From Yuukianura sp. NJ FZ-2021 (Eukaryota): DNA of 64,000 nucleotides. Both the position numbers and the translations under genes were made by a program. How positions within the stretch are numbered: position 1 is the stretch's first letter; every line of letters begins with the position of its first letter. Below the pieces are notes generated by a model. That model saw nothing but the letters and a program-made list of their open reading frames with translations, did no database searches and was not told where the DNA came from. The stretch is taken from the NCBI GenBank assembly GCA_046563655.1, contig CM102290.1, positions 4,030,001 to 4,094,000 of the forward strand. The letters run 5' to 3'. Shown here one piece after another: positions 47,387-61,119 of this stretch.

Positions 47387-50300
47387 TTAACCTAACTTAA
47401 ACTAAGTGCACCACCCCACCCCCACTTCTTTCCACCCCAAAGTGTGAAATAGGTCATCAAATTGATCCTTCTCTTTCTCCTGAAACATGCTCTTCCGACT
47501 CTTAATCTCATTTTGAGAGGGAGAACTTTGGATTCGAACACTTCTTCCACTCCTTAACTTCCTAAGAAGAGCCTTTAACCTAACATTGGTTAGGAAGTTG
47601 TGTAAGATCGCGTGTTCTGGAAGGGAGCTTAGGCTATTCCCTAGCTAATTCTGCCAACTATTGTCTCTAACCTAAAACCCATGGTTTCTTTCTGAACAAG
47701 ACGTTCTACGGGCTGTTAAGACTGGAGAAGAATTATTGGACAAGTAATTGTAACCCAATAAAGATATAAGGAAAGTTTAGTTCCTCCAGAAATTTGTAGC
47801 TACGGAGTGACGTCATTCCTCGGAGCTTGACCTTCTCTCATCCTCTCGAAGCACTTTTTCTTTCGGTTTTTGAAAAAACCCGGCTAGATGCCAGGAATTC
47901 TTTCGGCAGAAGCAATTTTTTCGAGAAAAAATTGCAATTTGGTAAAAAGTGAAATTTTAGCTTCGTTTTTTTCCCAGTACTTTGGTGGAAATTGAGACTT
48001 TGTTGCTAGGAGGTTGTGGAGATGTTTTGGAAAAAATCTGTTTTTTTTTTAAGTTTTCTTTAAAGTTATAGTTCTTTCTACTTTTTCGAAAATAGGTTTT
48101 GGAATCCAATCTATTAATGCTTATAAGGAGAAGGGGGTTCTTGAGAAATGTCTTGGCTTTTAGTAATTGTGATTAGTTTTTTTCTTGTTTCGAATTAGAA
48201 ATTCGGATCCACAGGAGGGCATAAGTAAAGGGAAGGTTAAGAGAGGAATTCCTTTGGTGTCGGTCCTTATTTTGTTAAGGGCTCCTCTCTCTCTGTGTTG
48301 TGCGTCAGCTAAAGGTTATAGAGATTTGTGCCTCGGGAGGCATCCTAGGTCTGAATCTGTTTTTTTTTCGGTTCGGTTCCAAGGGAACTGCTAGTTCCCC
48401 CCTGGGACTCTGTTGTGTCCCTTGAGCAGGCCGCCCTAACTTGGGTCCTTTTGTGTTGAACTGGATGAACTATTCCCGGACAGTATGTGGAAGTGTGGAT
48501 GTTCTGGATTCCGTGTCCATTTGATTCCCCTGCCTCTTATTCAAGATGAACTGTGTTAGTGAGTTTAGTAGTGTTGATGGGTCAGAGTGGAGCTACAAGA
48601 TGATGGTTCTGAATTTGAGTGTGCTAAAGTGCGGGGCATAGGGATTGGGTATGGGGCATAGATTGAAACGGGACTCCTTTCTCTGGGCACTTTTGTAGAA
48701 GGTCTGCTGGGGGAGCTTTGGCTCTTAACAAAAGTGACGTTCAGTACTTTACGGGAGCTCGACGAAAGAGGTTTCCTAGAGCACGGTGCTGTTCAACACA
48801 AAAAACGAACCCCAAAGTTTACGTGTATATAGTTTACAAAAGTTTGAATTTTTCAAAAAGACTGAAGTTCGGCAAGAAGTTGTTACTTTTTGAAAAAAAC
48901 AGCTTTTTTACGGAAACGGTCGAGTTTTGCTGAAATTGTGAGATTTGGAAGATAAAATACTTATAATTAAAATTTATTGGAGGACCGGAGAAAGTAGCGA
49001 CGCTGTGATAAGCTTTCAAATATATCATTGTGCAATCCGGAACCTGTGAAGTACTTGAATTTTGAACTCAACATTTGTTGGAGAATTTTGAACAAATTTT
49101 TTTTCTGGTGAAAGTGGAAAAGTTAAACAATAGGAGTGGCGTAGAGGCATTTCCGTGAAGGACGTTTTGTGCGGATGTCAAAATTTGTGCTGGTTTTGAT
49201 GTGTAAAGAGAATGAAGAAAAGCAGTGAAAGGCCACTTTGTCCTTGCATATGAATAAGTGCGTGGGTGGTTTTGCATATTGCGACACTATTGATTTGACC
49301 AGTTGGAAAGCGGACATACGTCGTCACTTTGAGTACTGGAAGTGAAGTTTTTGACAACGACGTTTCAAGGGCACGATCGACGTTTCCTTTGGTGTAGGAG
49401 TGAGGAACATATAGAAATTCTTTGGCCCAAGTTAATTATTTAGTCGAACTACGTCAAGAGTCATTCAAATGGAAATGCTCTCATCCAATTTTACTATCGG
49501 TAAGTGGGCAAGTTATTTTAGACTAGTCTTTTTTTAGAAAATGGTGAAATAATTATTGTCATTTTCTGATAAAAAAATAAAATTGAAAATTGTAGTAAGA
49601 TGATTGACTTTTACGGTGGTTAGTTCAGGTTTCAAGCAAAAACTGTCATGAGAAGAGAAATGTGGCGAAAAAGTCAGTTTTTGTGTGTTGCGAATTGGAG
49701 TTTTTACCTTAACTAGATTTGAGTGTGAGAAGACTAGTGGCTTCTGGATGAACGAACTTTTAAAGGAAGTTTTTGGTGGTTAACTGTTTAGTGTGGTGGT
49801 GATTTTTTGGTGGGAATCTTGTTTTTTGGGTTGGTGGATTTGCTGTATAGTGCGACCAATAAATAACTCATCATCAATCACTTATCACTGCAGCTTCTGA
49901 AGTAACTTCATGATTTTGGTGGGAAGTTGTGCTGCTACTGCCGGAATTTGAACGATACGCCTATAATAAGTTACACAGTTTTGTATAAAGGAAAGTGTTC
50001 ACTTCTTTCTGCTTTGTTGGATGCTAATCAAGCACATCATTTCCGGAAGAACAAGATCAGTGACAGGAGTAAGAAGGAACTTAGAGACGCATTTTTTGTG
50101 TAACAAGTTTGATCTTCTTCTTGTCTCTGGTTTTTTATGCGTTAAGTAGTGTATAATGTAAAGCATTATGGGATTAGTGTCAGCGATTTGGGAGTTCACC
50201 GGCAGGCAGGGGATTAGTGACCTCTCATTTTTGGTATTTTACGGTTATACCTTATGCACCTCCTTTGCTACTTCCATTTGGAAATTGGGAAGAGACCTGA

Positions 50301-53300
50301 ACTTTTGAACTTTTTAAAAAATTTGAATTGGAGATGTCGCATTCTGCAACTGGTTTTGCTCTTCGTGTCCAGTAAAAACCTAACAAGGAATTGACTAATT
50401 TCGTTCTAGATCTGGAAGATAAGAGGGTTAAGTTGATTTTTTTTGCAGTTTTGAATGATGAAGAAGCAGGCGGGAATTCGGAGGGCAAATGGAAAATGTT
50501 GACTCGTGCGTATGCAGGATGATGTTGGTGAGAATAGTTGCAGTTGGTTGGATGAAGCAATTAGAAACTATTTAGAATTAGGAAGACTCTGAGTGTCGTG
50601 ATCATTATGCGAGGCGAATAGTCGTTTTTGGAGTGTTGTACATATGGTGTAGGTTCCACATCTTGGAAAACCTAACTTAAACTTAGCTTACGTTGAACTT
50701 TTAGCCTAACTTGAGTCTATCTTTATTTTGAAAAGAACTTGAGGGCGATTGTCTCAGTTTTTGAGCTGCTGGACCGGTTTCGGATTTCTGTCTTCATCTG
50801 TCCGTCTCCCTGTTCTTGGAAAGACTAAAAGTTTGAGTCTTCAGATCCACAATCATGTGAACTCTGTTACAATGGACGCCTCTGTATTTTTTCTCAGGAA
50901 GCTACTACCATGCAAGAGGGCTAGAAAAAATACAAAGTTGAAACTTTTCTCTTGCCAGTGTTTAATTTCGTTTCCTCCAAAGCCTTTTTCGTAAAAAGTT
51001 TTGACGCCTTTCGTTGTTTTGGATGTTGTGCGCCTGTTTTTGATTGATAGTCAAGTAGGTAAGTGTGAGGATAATTAGGGGGTTCATGCCACTAAAGACT
51101 AAACTCTCCTTCTCCGTATGTTCCTCTAAATAATACAAAAGTGAAGGCGAGGGCAAGCTCAGCCAGTTTCTTGGCGTTTTTTGACACGGCGCAATGCCTT
51201 GAACGGCTAAGAAAAAATATTCAGAAAGATATTTTTGGGTTAGTCGGAAAGTTAAAGTTTGTTTGAGCTCTTGAGCTTGGTTGGGTTCTTGGACTCGAAT
51301 TTTGTAGGAGTACATTCACGTTAAGTCGTTGAATTAAATATTATGCTCTTTGGATCGAGTTTTTGACTAAATATGTCTATATGTAGGACGAACGCTCGCG
51401 CCATTTTTTGAGCAAACGTCATAAGGAGTTATTAAAAAATTTAACAGACCTTAAATCTCCGAATTGATCTCCGGCCTTATATTGTTTCCATAAAAAAGCG
51501 GAATTTTGAGTCTCCTCTCAAGTGAAATCATGAACCTGAAATCAATTTTTTGTAGAGTTTTTCTTGTGTAGAATGAAAAAATGAAGGATTTTGGAAAAGG
51601 CATCTGCCTGCCACCATTATGATGCAGGGCGCTGTACAAAACAGTCGAACGTTAGATGTAGACCTCTGCCTTTTAAAATCTTAACGACCTTGTTAGTACC
51701 TCATCGTGAACGTACGGTTTTGAAGTTGGAGAATGGAAAAGTTTCCTAGGGATCATTCCCATGGTCCATTCATTTATAATGGTCAATAGGAGACAGATGG
51801 ATCTCGTCTCTAGAAAGACCAAGACGAGTTTTGTGTGTAGTAGTAACAAATCTTGATGGTTTGAGATGCAATTGACCCATAGTCGGGGTAATAAATTCTG
51901 GAATTGGTCATTGACATTTTATTTTCCAAGGAATTCGGGCTGCAGGAATAAATTATAGAACAATGAGATGTGAGTGGAAAATAAATTAAGTCGAAAAGTA
52001 TGAAAAAAAAATTGAAAAATCCAATTTGTGTTGGTTTTGAGAATTGAGTGTGAGAATTGGATATAAAAGATCAGTTGCCCATTGCCATTTATAGGTCAAA
52101 GATGATTGGATCGAAAGAAGTTACGTACATAGTCTTTATTTCCTTGGGAGTTCAACGAGGGAATAAAGATACAATCAAAATTTAAGCCGTTTTTGTTTGT
52201 AAAAATTTTCAGATTTCCTATTTCGTTTTTTTGCACTTTTTTTCTGCGTTTCTGAGAAAATTGGAAAGAGATGCTGCCTGATTTCAGTTTTAAAAGGAAA
52301 AACAAAGTTCATGAAATTCTAAGCCCTGAGCGGAGCCACTCCTACCTTTTCGTTTCTAGATTTTTTGTTTAGTGTCTACGTTGTACCTATTGTATACACC
52401 AAAGGGAATTTTACACTTTGGATTGAAGTGAGAAAGGTGACTACTGAGAGAACTCAAAACGAAAAAAAAACTGAAAACGAAAAAAAGAAAAGCGGGATGT
52501 GCTTTGGTGACTTTTGAACTGTGAACAGAGTTTTTCTTTTTCTTCTTGGTGGTGTGGTAAAGGTTTTTTTTTTTTGTTTTTCTCTTCATCTTTCGTGAAA
52601 AAAAGTCTTTTTTGGCAAGAAAAAAGAAAGAAGCCTTTATTTTGTCGTCCTTGCAAAAGGCTTTTTTTTCGGTTTTCTCAACAAGGCTTTTGTCTTTTCC
52701 ACGTGAAAGCAGATTTTGGAGGATTGGTGTTGCGGTGAGTGAAGCCGTGGAAAAGAAGTCTTTGCTCACTTGAAATTTGATCCCTTGACTAAGTCCTCTT
52801 TTTTAGATTACCGGAAAACCTCTCATAAATGCCCGGACGCTTCTTGGAAATCTCAACTTTCACTCTTGGCGTTTGAAAGACTTGGTTGTTGTTAGAGCCC
52901 GTCGTGTATTTTTAAATCCCAGTCGCACCTCCGGTGCTTGCTGGAAACCGGCGTTCATGAGAAGATTTACGGTAGATTCCTTTTGCGGACGGAACTAGAG
53001 CTTATTTGAAGGAAAGGAAAACCGCAGGAATTGAATAACTTTAGTTTTGTGGGAGAAAGGAGGAAGTTGGATAATAAAAACTTGGCGGATTTTTTTCTTC
53101 TCTTTGGTAACTTCCTCTGCTTTCTCCCTTCATTTCCTCACTTTAACCTTTACTTTGTTAAAGAGGCTATTTTGGCTTGAAACGGAGGATATGAGCGGAA
53201 ATTGGTTGAAATGTGATTCAAAAGAGGATTTCCTCGTCTCAGTTTCCTATTGGCAAAGAGGAAGTAAACAAAAGGTGCTTAACGTTATTAGGACGGAGAC

Positions 53301-55089
53301 TGACAACAGGGTTTAATGTGACGGTTAGTTTTGATTTGGAAGAGAAAGAATGGCGGGTATTTTGTGGTTGTGGTGTTGTTTTGTGTGGATTTGGTTTGAT
53401 TAGCATTGGAATGAGTTCATTTTGGGGTAGCGTCTTCTTGGGAGTGAAATAGTTAAAGGAGATGTAATCCCTGTTTTGTTTTTTTGGGGGTGAAATGTGG
53501 GGAAGGGAGCTTAGAAGGGGGTTTTTGGATGTAAAGTGGCGGCAGGAGTGGTTGATGGAGGGGAGAAAGCAGTGGTTAGTGTTGGTTATACTGTGGAGAA
53601 AGTTATTGATTGGGAGAGTTTTAGGACTCAACATCTGTGAACTACATTTGGAAAGGCTAGGTGGAAGGCTATTTCTATTTCCTAGAGACAAGTACAGGAG
53701 AATTAGCTTCATCTGGGCCCTACTCTAACCTATGCTGTTACTCGTCAAAGAGAAAGCAGGAGGCGTGTTGTTGTTCTTTCCATTTTGTTGCAACTTTTCG
53801 ACTGCCACTGCCAGGGAAAGGACTGCTGCTGCTTTGTGCTGTCTTGCCTGGTTTCCGGTAGTTTATGTTTTGGTGGAGATGAGAACAGGGATAAGCCTCT
53901 GCTGGGTTCTGGAAGATGAATACTGATTATGACTACGACGACTACCAACCATAAGTTTCCAATCACAACTTTCCCTTACACTAACGTCACGTTTTGGTGA
54001 ATCTGTTATACTAAATGCTACCGAAAGTGGTTTACTACGTGGACGAAACAAACCGAATCTGATCTAAATTCATGCTTAGTTCTAATAACTTCAATTAAAC
54101 TTCGTTTTAGTTGCAATGTACAACCGTGCAATGTAACATAAGCATAGCATAAATGGAATATGACATAACGTAATATAACTTAGAGAGACAAAATGTAGAG
54201 AAAGTGTTTGTGTAAAGTGTGATTGTGGAGATGGAGGTGTGCTGTGGAGGTGTGTAGGACTGGAGGGCACTCAGGCCCTTGGTAGCTTTGATCTGCTTTT
54301 GTTTGCATTTGCTGTCACTTTGGGTTGAGGAATGTAGTGGCTGGGTTGGATTTTAATTGTATTCGTAGTTTTTGATGGAAGTGTGTGCTCTAATGGATTC
54401 TGAAGCCCTTGAAGGGAGTAGAGTCCTGTTGTTCCTTGTGGATTCTGCACCAGGAGAACAATGGGTGTCTAAAAGCGTAGAGAGTTCATCCTTGCCTCAA
54501 TCTCGGTTCTCTTCCGAAGGTGGGAAGGAATGAATAATTTTGTGACTCTAAAACTCGGAATCGGGGAATGATTAACGACGGCTCATTAGTGTGACATCTC
54601 TCTGTGACTCCTCGGAGTGTAGGGAGTGTGTGTGACGTGGGTGGAAATGTATTACAGGCTGCGTTTTGGGTTGGATCCGGGAACAATAAGGTCTGTTAAG
54701 GCTAAAAACCGAACCAAATAGTTATGCAAAGTGTAGATGGTATGTGGAAATATTTGGGAGCAGGAACTGGGATTCCTAGGTTTAAGTCTATGTGTTTCTG
54801 GACTTCTTTATTTATAAGTGAGGGTGAAACTACGTTCCTAAAGAAATGTAAAAAAGAAAGAAGGCAAGCGGGTTAATGGAGCTTTCTTTTATTCTTCTTC
54901 TTGCAAAGAGGCTATTAAGCAGAGGACAAAGGATTCCTATTATGGAATTCGTGACGCTCTGCCAATGCTATTTGTGAAAGGTTAAAGCAAATCAATTCAT
55001 CATACAAGTCTAACAACCGATTTTCTGTTGGTTTTCAGGAACTGAAGTGTACGGAGCCTAACAAGGGACGAGGGAGCCTTCCAAAAAAG

Positions 55090-58000
55090 ATGTCTCAGGG
55101 ATGTGGAAAGTCTTCTGCTCAGCAGATCCTCTTCCTTGTGCTCATCTTCGTACTATCGAATGTTGTGCCGATTGAGTATGCTGAAGGTAAGGGCAGAACA
55201 GAATTGAATATTCTCATGTATCTTAATATTATTTCAACTCTATTCCAACAAAATTTGAAAAGGAAAAAGTTCTTTTTATGGAAAAGAAAGCGGGAGGAAA
55301 GCAGCTCTCTTTTCAAAATAGTCTTCCCGAACTTTTCCTCATTTTTTATGAATTTTGAAAGATGACATTTTGGAGAAGATGGAGAGAGAGGCCGTAGTAC
55401 CATGAAATTTCCAATAATAATCTGATTTTAGAAAATGAAATTAGACAGAGCTCTCTCTGCTGCTCTTCTAAGAAGGAAGAAGCCTTATGCCAAACTCAAA
55501 AGTTTGATTTTGGAGAATGAGGACGAAGTCGACTTCCTGTCTATTAAGGAGGAGAAAGTAATAAGTTGAAAGTCTTAAATTTAAATGAAGGTAAAAGGGG
55601 ATGGGGATGTGTAGGATGAGTAATTAAATCAAGGCTCTTAAAATCTACGACACTCAAAACAGACATGGATGGGCATGGACTGACTGTAGAAGTTGGAGGA
55701 TTTAGAGGATTGGAAGCAGAAGAGGTTTCTCGTGTTAGTCTAATTTATGATTTTAGTTTTAGCTCTCAGGACTTGAAATGTTAAGGGTGGAGGACTGTAT
55801 GAAGTAAACTAATATTTGTGATTCTCTTTGGAAATGAGGTGTGGCTTCAAGCTCCTATCAATTTATGACAGTCAAATTCCCTATTCCATGTGGAACAAAA
55901 ATTTAAAGTGTCCTGAAGGATTTTATTGAGAAGTTTCATGGTCTAGTTTTTTTCTCAGGTTTTTTCTATAGATGGTTGGAGTTGAACGAGGATCAAGTTC
56001 TAAATGTTAATTTATTGAAGTTGGAAGACGAGAATAGGCGAAGGAGATGAGATTTAGGGGTTTGGATTTTGAGTGTTTGACCTGACCCCGGCCTTAAGAA
56101 GTGTTCTGACGACTGAACTCTGACTCTCTAGGGATAGGAAGTAGCATGGAGTGAATTCAGGAAATTAAAAGAAGTCGCTTTGATTGAGGTCTCCTTGCCT
56201 TTCGTTTTAGTGACTCCCAAAGTCTCCCATTGTCTCTCGTCCCTGTCTCTCCTGAGACTTTGGTTTAATTTATGAATTGAAACGGAGGAAAGTCAGTGAA
56301 GATGGTGGTGAAGGGCTGGAAATTAATGGGAGAAGGAAAATTTGCTTTTGAGAAGGAAATGAAATGTTCTTTAAAGATGGATTTTGTTACTGGAGCATCT
56401 TGAACGAATCATCTCCTTCTTTCTTGGGCTCTGAAGTCAATTCCATTTATTTTGTGAAAAGATCTTTTCCACTTAGGATCTCTCTCTCTGGTGGATGTCG
56501 ATGTAGATGGTGATGATGGGCCGTATTTGTTTACCTAAAGTTCAATTATAACGGCTTCAATTTGAAGGGCTCAAAAAGATTTAAGGGCTGAGAAAGTACT
56601 TTTTGAAGAGATTACTTTTCTCTTCCCTAAGTCGAAGGACGACGAGTTCAAGGAACTTTGAAGGAAGAAGGATTGGCGGGGAGTGAAACTTTTTGAATTG
56701 AAAAAAAAACGAAAGTGTTTTAAGTATGGAGAAGTTGAGAGTTGATGAGTTCGAATTGATTGAATCCGTTTTTTAAGGTGCCGGTACGTCTTGGCACTTT
56801 TAAATCTTCCCGCCAGGTTCAGACTGATTTTGATCTTGGGTATGTACAACTTGGGTATGTAAATATCAGGTTTTCGATTGTCACTTTTCTGGTGTGCGGG
56901 TATGTTGACTTCCCAAGGCAGGATTTATACTATTTTCTAAAGTTATTGTTTGGTTTCTCTTTCTGGTCGTTTGCATTTTTAGACAACTAATCTTGTTTTT
57001 TTTTTGTTTTGAAATCCCGTCTATCAGTGGGATAAAGTACTTATAAAGGAGCGGAGAAAGAAAGCTGTTGAAAACTTTGATCCGCTTTGTAGATTTTTCC
57101 TATTCTTTGTAGTTATAAAAAAGTATTCCCATTCAATTCAGCTTTGACATCGATGCTTTCACCACCACCGTCTCTAAGACACACTTGCTTCTTATAAGAA
57201 AACTTTTTTTTTCGTCTAAAGAAACTTTTTGTTTTCAAAAGTTCAAACCCATGAGGTCTTCTTCGTCTACGTTCTGCGTTGATGTGGTTCCTTGGAAATC
57301 CTAATCTTCTTTTGCCACCCTTGTCCTCGCTAACACCATTTTTCTGTTTTTCTGCTTAAGCTTCTTTTAATTAAAGTTCACTTATTTTTGTGAGTGACAC
57401 AGTTTTTTTAAGAGGGGATGTTTGAGGAAAGACGGGCGGAAGATTTGGCAAACGATGACATTTTTTTGCACACATGAAATTGAAGTTTTGAAGCTTTTTT
57501 TTCTTTTTTCGGTGGTGTGAATACTGGAAAACTATTAATCCTACGGTTAAGTGGAATAAGATGGCAGAGATTCCTCATTCCACGTTTCATGCTGTAACAG
57601 TCCTATCCTTCGTTTGACGAGAGAGATGCAGAAGCCGTCCATGTTTTTATCCTTGAACAGGATTTAGAGAGAAAGAAAGACGGAGCTTTAAAATCAGTTT
57701 GGATTTTGGAATTTTACATTTTAGAAGAGAAGGAGGAGGGTTTCCCTGTGACTTAAAGTAAACAAACTTTGGGGCCCAGAGTTTTGCTGTGAAACTGGAG
57801 ATGAGAATTTATCTTTCTTTTCCCTTCAGAATTTCATTTCGGTGGACTCGGTATTTATTCATGTCTTTTCCATGTGGCTCTTCTGTGCATATTCTTCAAT
57901 GAGTCTTTTCTCAGTTGTGTGAATCTGGGAACTGCTGGAAGTTCTTTTGGAATTTGAGTGCCAGTCACACGAGGAGATATGTTTGTGCAATTTTTTTTGG

Positions 58001-61000
58001 TCTATTTCCAGTTTTTAAACTGACATGCGTACAAAATGAGAGGTCACGTTTTGTTCTGTAACTCATCTGTGAATGTTTTGGCAGTTTTGGGTATAATGTT
58101 TTTAGCGGAAGCAAAATATTATGGTTGGTGTAGCTAACGATTATTCTGAAATCGTGCTCCGGCGTAAAGTGGGTAGGATTAGGATGTAGGCGTTGGCACA
58201 AATACGGAAGCGGATATCGATTGGCTCATTGATTTTTTGACTTTACGTAAAACAAATTTTAATTTTAAATTAATTTTGAGGAATTCCGGCAGTATCAAAA
58301 TCAATGACATCGTGCGTGTGAAGTTTTACAATAGTATTACCATAATGTTGAATTTCCTGAATTGCATGACGTGCTTTTTTTCTCTTCGGTTTGCATTTTT
58401 TTTTTCGTTTTTGTTGCCATTTTTTTTTTCAAAAGTAGTTTTTTGTAGTAAAAGTGGAGGTTGGTTTTTGGTTGCTAGCGTGGCGTGCTATGTTAGCTGA
58501 TGTTAAGATGCTTTTTAAAAAAAATGTAGAGGATTGGCTGTTTAAAGATGTTGGAGAGGGAGAAAATAATTGTTGGAGGGGGAAAGTGTGCCTGTGCTCT
58601 GCTGGGATTCATGTGAAATGTTCCTTTTGATTTACGGGCCTTCATACCGCAATCCAGCCTGACTCATGCATTTTCGATTTCCCCCGCTCTCTTTCAAACA
58701 ATCCAATTCGGATTGAGAGAGATAAAGGGAACGTCGGAGAGTGGGTTGGAATAAGGATGAGGTTGACTACATGGAACCGTAATGCTCTCTCTGGCTCCAC
58801 TACTCACTTCTGATCTCCTCACTCCTGAGCTCTCCGCTGGCTACATCTAGGAAATTATTCATCAATTGATCCAGCTAATGACATTATCTGATATGGCAAG
58901 AGGAAAGCTCCATGTGATGTAAAAGGAGGCTTATGCTTTCTCTGCTGGAGAAAGTGCGCATGTCCATCTTTTTGAAGGGGAACTGTGCCAAGAGTGAACT
59001 GTGGACTTTTTAAAGGAGAGATGGAGAGGCTAAATTGAAATAAAAGGTTGAGAAAATAATTAAAGAGAGTGTTTCAAAAGTATCAAAGTTTTGAATGAAA
59101 GGGGGAATAAAGCAGTGTTTTCAGGGTTGGATGCTTTTTGGAAGGAACAATTTTTTAAACTGAAATTATACTAATTGTGATTTGAGAATTGTCTTTTTTT
59201 AAGGGGGAAAGTAGTGGAGAGGGACTTGAAGGGAGCCAAGGGATCGGGGTATACCCTAATTTTAATAATAGTTTTTTTTTCTGAAAAGTGTAGAAAGTAT
59301 AAGGGCTGAGTTGGGATTTTGAACCCCGCTCACACATCTGAAACTGTCATTTTCAAATTATTTTTGTTGTTATGTTTTCCCCCTGCTGTGCTAAGGCTCA
59401 AGCTGATCCGTCAATGGAAACTTTTATTCTATGGTTCAAAAGTCCCTCTCTTTTTTTTTCGAATCCTAAACTGATATTGAAAATGAGTGGAAGGGAGAAA
59501 TCGATGAAAGTAATGCGACTTTGAAGTCGGATGGAAATTTTTGGTGGTGAAAGGCCCATTGTACTGGTGCAATAATAACTTTTTTGTAGGGTAGCCTATG
59601 GTTTTTCAACCGAATCTCCTATAATTTGTTTCTTTTTTCTTGTGTGTTCCAGGGAAACAAACGTCGTATGCCTGTGAAGGGAGCATTCTGCGCCTCGATT
59701 GTGATCCAGGACGAGTAATTCATCTGATACGGGCCATATACGGACGATTCTCAATCACAATTTGCAATGAGAATGGAAACACTGAGTGGAGTGTCAATTG
59801 TGGCAGTCCCAAATCCATTCTCGTCCTCAATGGAACGTACGTGTAGCCATTGTTTTCTATGATTATTCTCTTAAGGGAGCTTGTTCGTGGGGTGCTGTAT
59901 CCCTTGCCAATAATATTTAATTGAATAATGCAGTAATGTTTTCCTGGCTTTCGAGAGATGATGACATACTTTTGAGATCATTTTCTAACTGTAGCCACTT
60001 GTCGTATGACGAAACAATATTATTTAATATTCGGATCTCGTAGTAGGACTCCTGGCACATTTGTCAGGAAAGGAAGATGTGTTGGGGAGCGTTGGCCAGA
60101 GATTAGGTTACACGCGTCTTCAGCTGATGGACGATCATTAACCGCCTTCAATTGAAATGATACGCTCTTTTGTTTTTTGAATCGAGTGCAGTAATTATGA
60201 CATTCCCACTCTTTTTTCTGCAAGTCGACTGGACCTCCTCATCCCAATTGTAATGTGATGGATTTGTCATTTCCGTCATCTTCCAATTGTGCCTGTCCCA
60301 TTGTTGCCTGGGAATGGTTCCTGTCAATGACAATTGTGAGATGTTGTCTTGACACATGTAACGGGACATGATCAGATGGAGGTATCATCTGAACAGGATC
60401 ACTTTTCAGGAAGTTTTGAGGAAGTGAAAGCAGATGAACACGCTCGGATCTCTTGGATCTACCTCTGAGACCGTGGAATTGATGAGGATGACGAAAAGTT
60501 TTGGTGACGGCGTCAAGTTTCCCGGCAAAAAAAAATTTTTTTTGATAGTCATGTGTCGGTTATTTGAGTAGGGAGGACTTGTCAAGAGAGTTATTTTAGT
60601 AATTTAGGCCGAAAGTATTCCGGAAGATTTGGAGGAAGAAGCAACTGTAACGGATTTAAAGTTAAAAGTTGGTGAGAGACTGGTGCCAATGGGAGTCACG
60701 ATAAAGATTTCCCTTTGAAGTTAAACAACGATCGTGTGGGTAGCTAGAGTAAATAACGACAGAGAAAAAAGTTTAATTTCTTTTGAAATTGGCATCGTTT
60801 GAGAGCAAGATTATGTTTAGAATTTGAGTGCTTTCCTGTTTCGTCTAAAACAGGACATGTACTGTTACTGTACTTTATGGAGATGCGATTGTTTCACTTC
60901 AAGTCGAAATTAGTTTGAAGGAATGTTTTTGTTAAGATGATTTATCTTATTTATTTAAATTTGTCTTATTTATTATTGTTGTTAATATTTTGAATTTTGA

Positions 61001-61119
61001 TTTATTCGACAGATGTAACTATCAACGCAGTTGCAGTGTCCTGGCGAGCACAATGACCTTCGGTGACCCATGTCCTGGGACAGTCAAATACTTAGAAGTT
61101 CAGTACCAGTGTATCTCAG
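55090..61119 (+). CDS. Cirl: Latrophilin/Cirl adhesion GPCR, N-terminal part (signal peptide and SUEL/galactose-rhamnose lectin domain); continues beyond the window
   Basis: Exons 55090-55186 ([32 protein letters not shown], donor G|GTAAGG), 59653-59836 ([54 protein letters not shown]) and 61013-61119 ([35 protein letters not shown]); phases 1, 2, 1 are consistent. [17 protein letters not shown] is characteristic of arthropod Cirl. The GAIN and 7TM regions are not in the window. Confidence 0.87.
59653..59836 (+). CDS. Cirl: Cirl lectin domain exon 1
   Basis: Long polypyrimidine acceptor TTCCAG at 59652; ACEG...YGR...C motifs; donor AC|GTACGT. Confidence 0.92.
61013..61119 (+). CDS. Cirl: Cirl lectin domain exon 2; absent from the ORF track
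   Basis: Acceptor GACAG at 61012; [18 protein letters not shown] signature; donor G|GTACGT at 61120. Confidence 0.92.

Noticed and set aside
39304..47815. Isolated CRE (TGACGTCA at 47808) and Ftz-F1-type (TGACCTTGA at 39320) motifs
   Set aside because: Single short matches are expected by chance in 64 kb.
52356..53712. 137-aa and 157-aa minus-strand ORFs
   Set aside because: Low-complexity Lys/Phe or Pro/Asn content reflecting strand compositional skew; no domain features.
53661..53926. Cys-rich plus-strand ORFs as an alternative Cirl first exon
   Set aside because: No strong donor in the required phase and no clear signal peptide.
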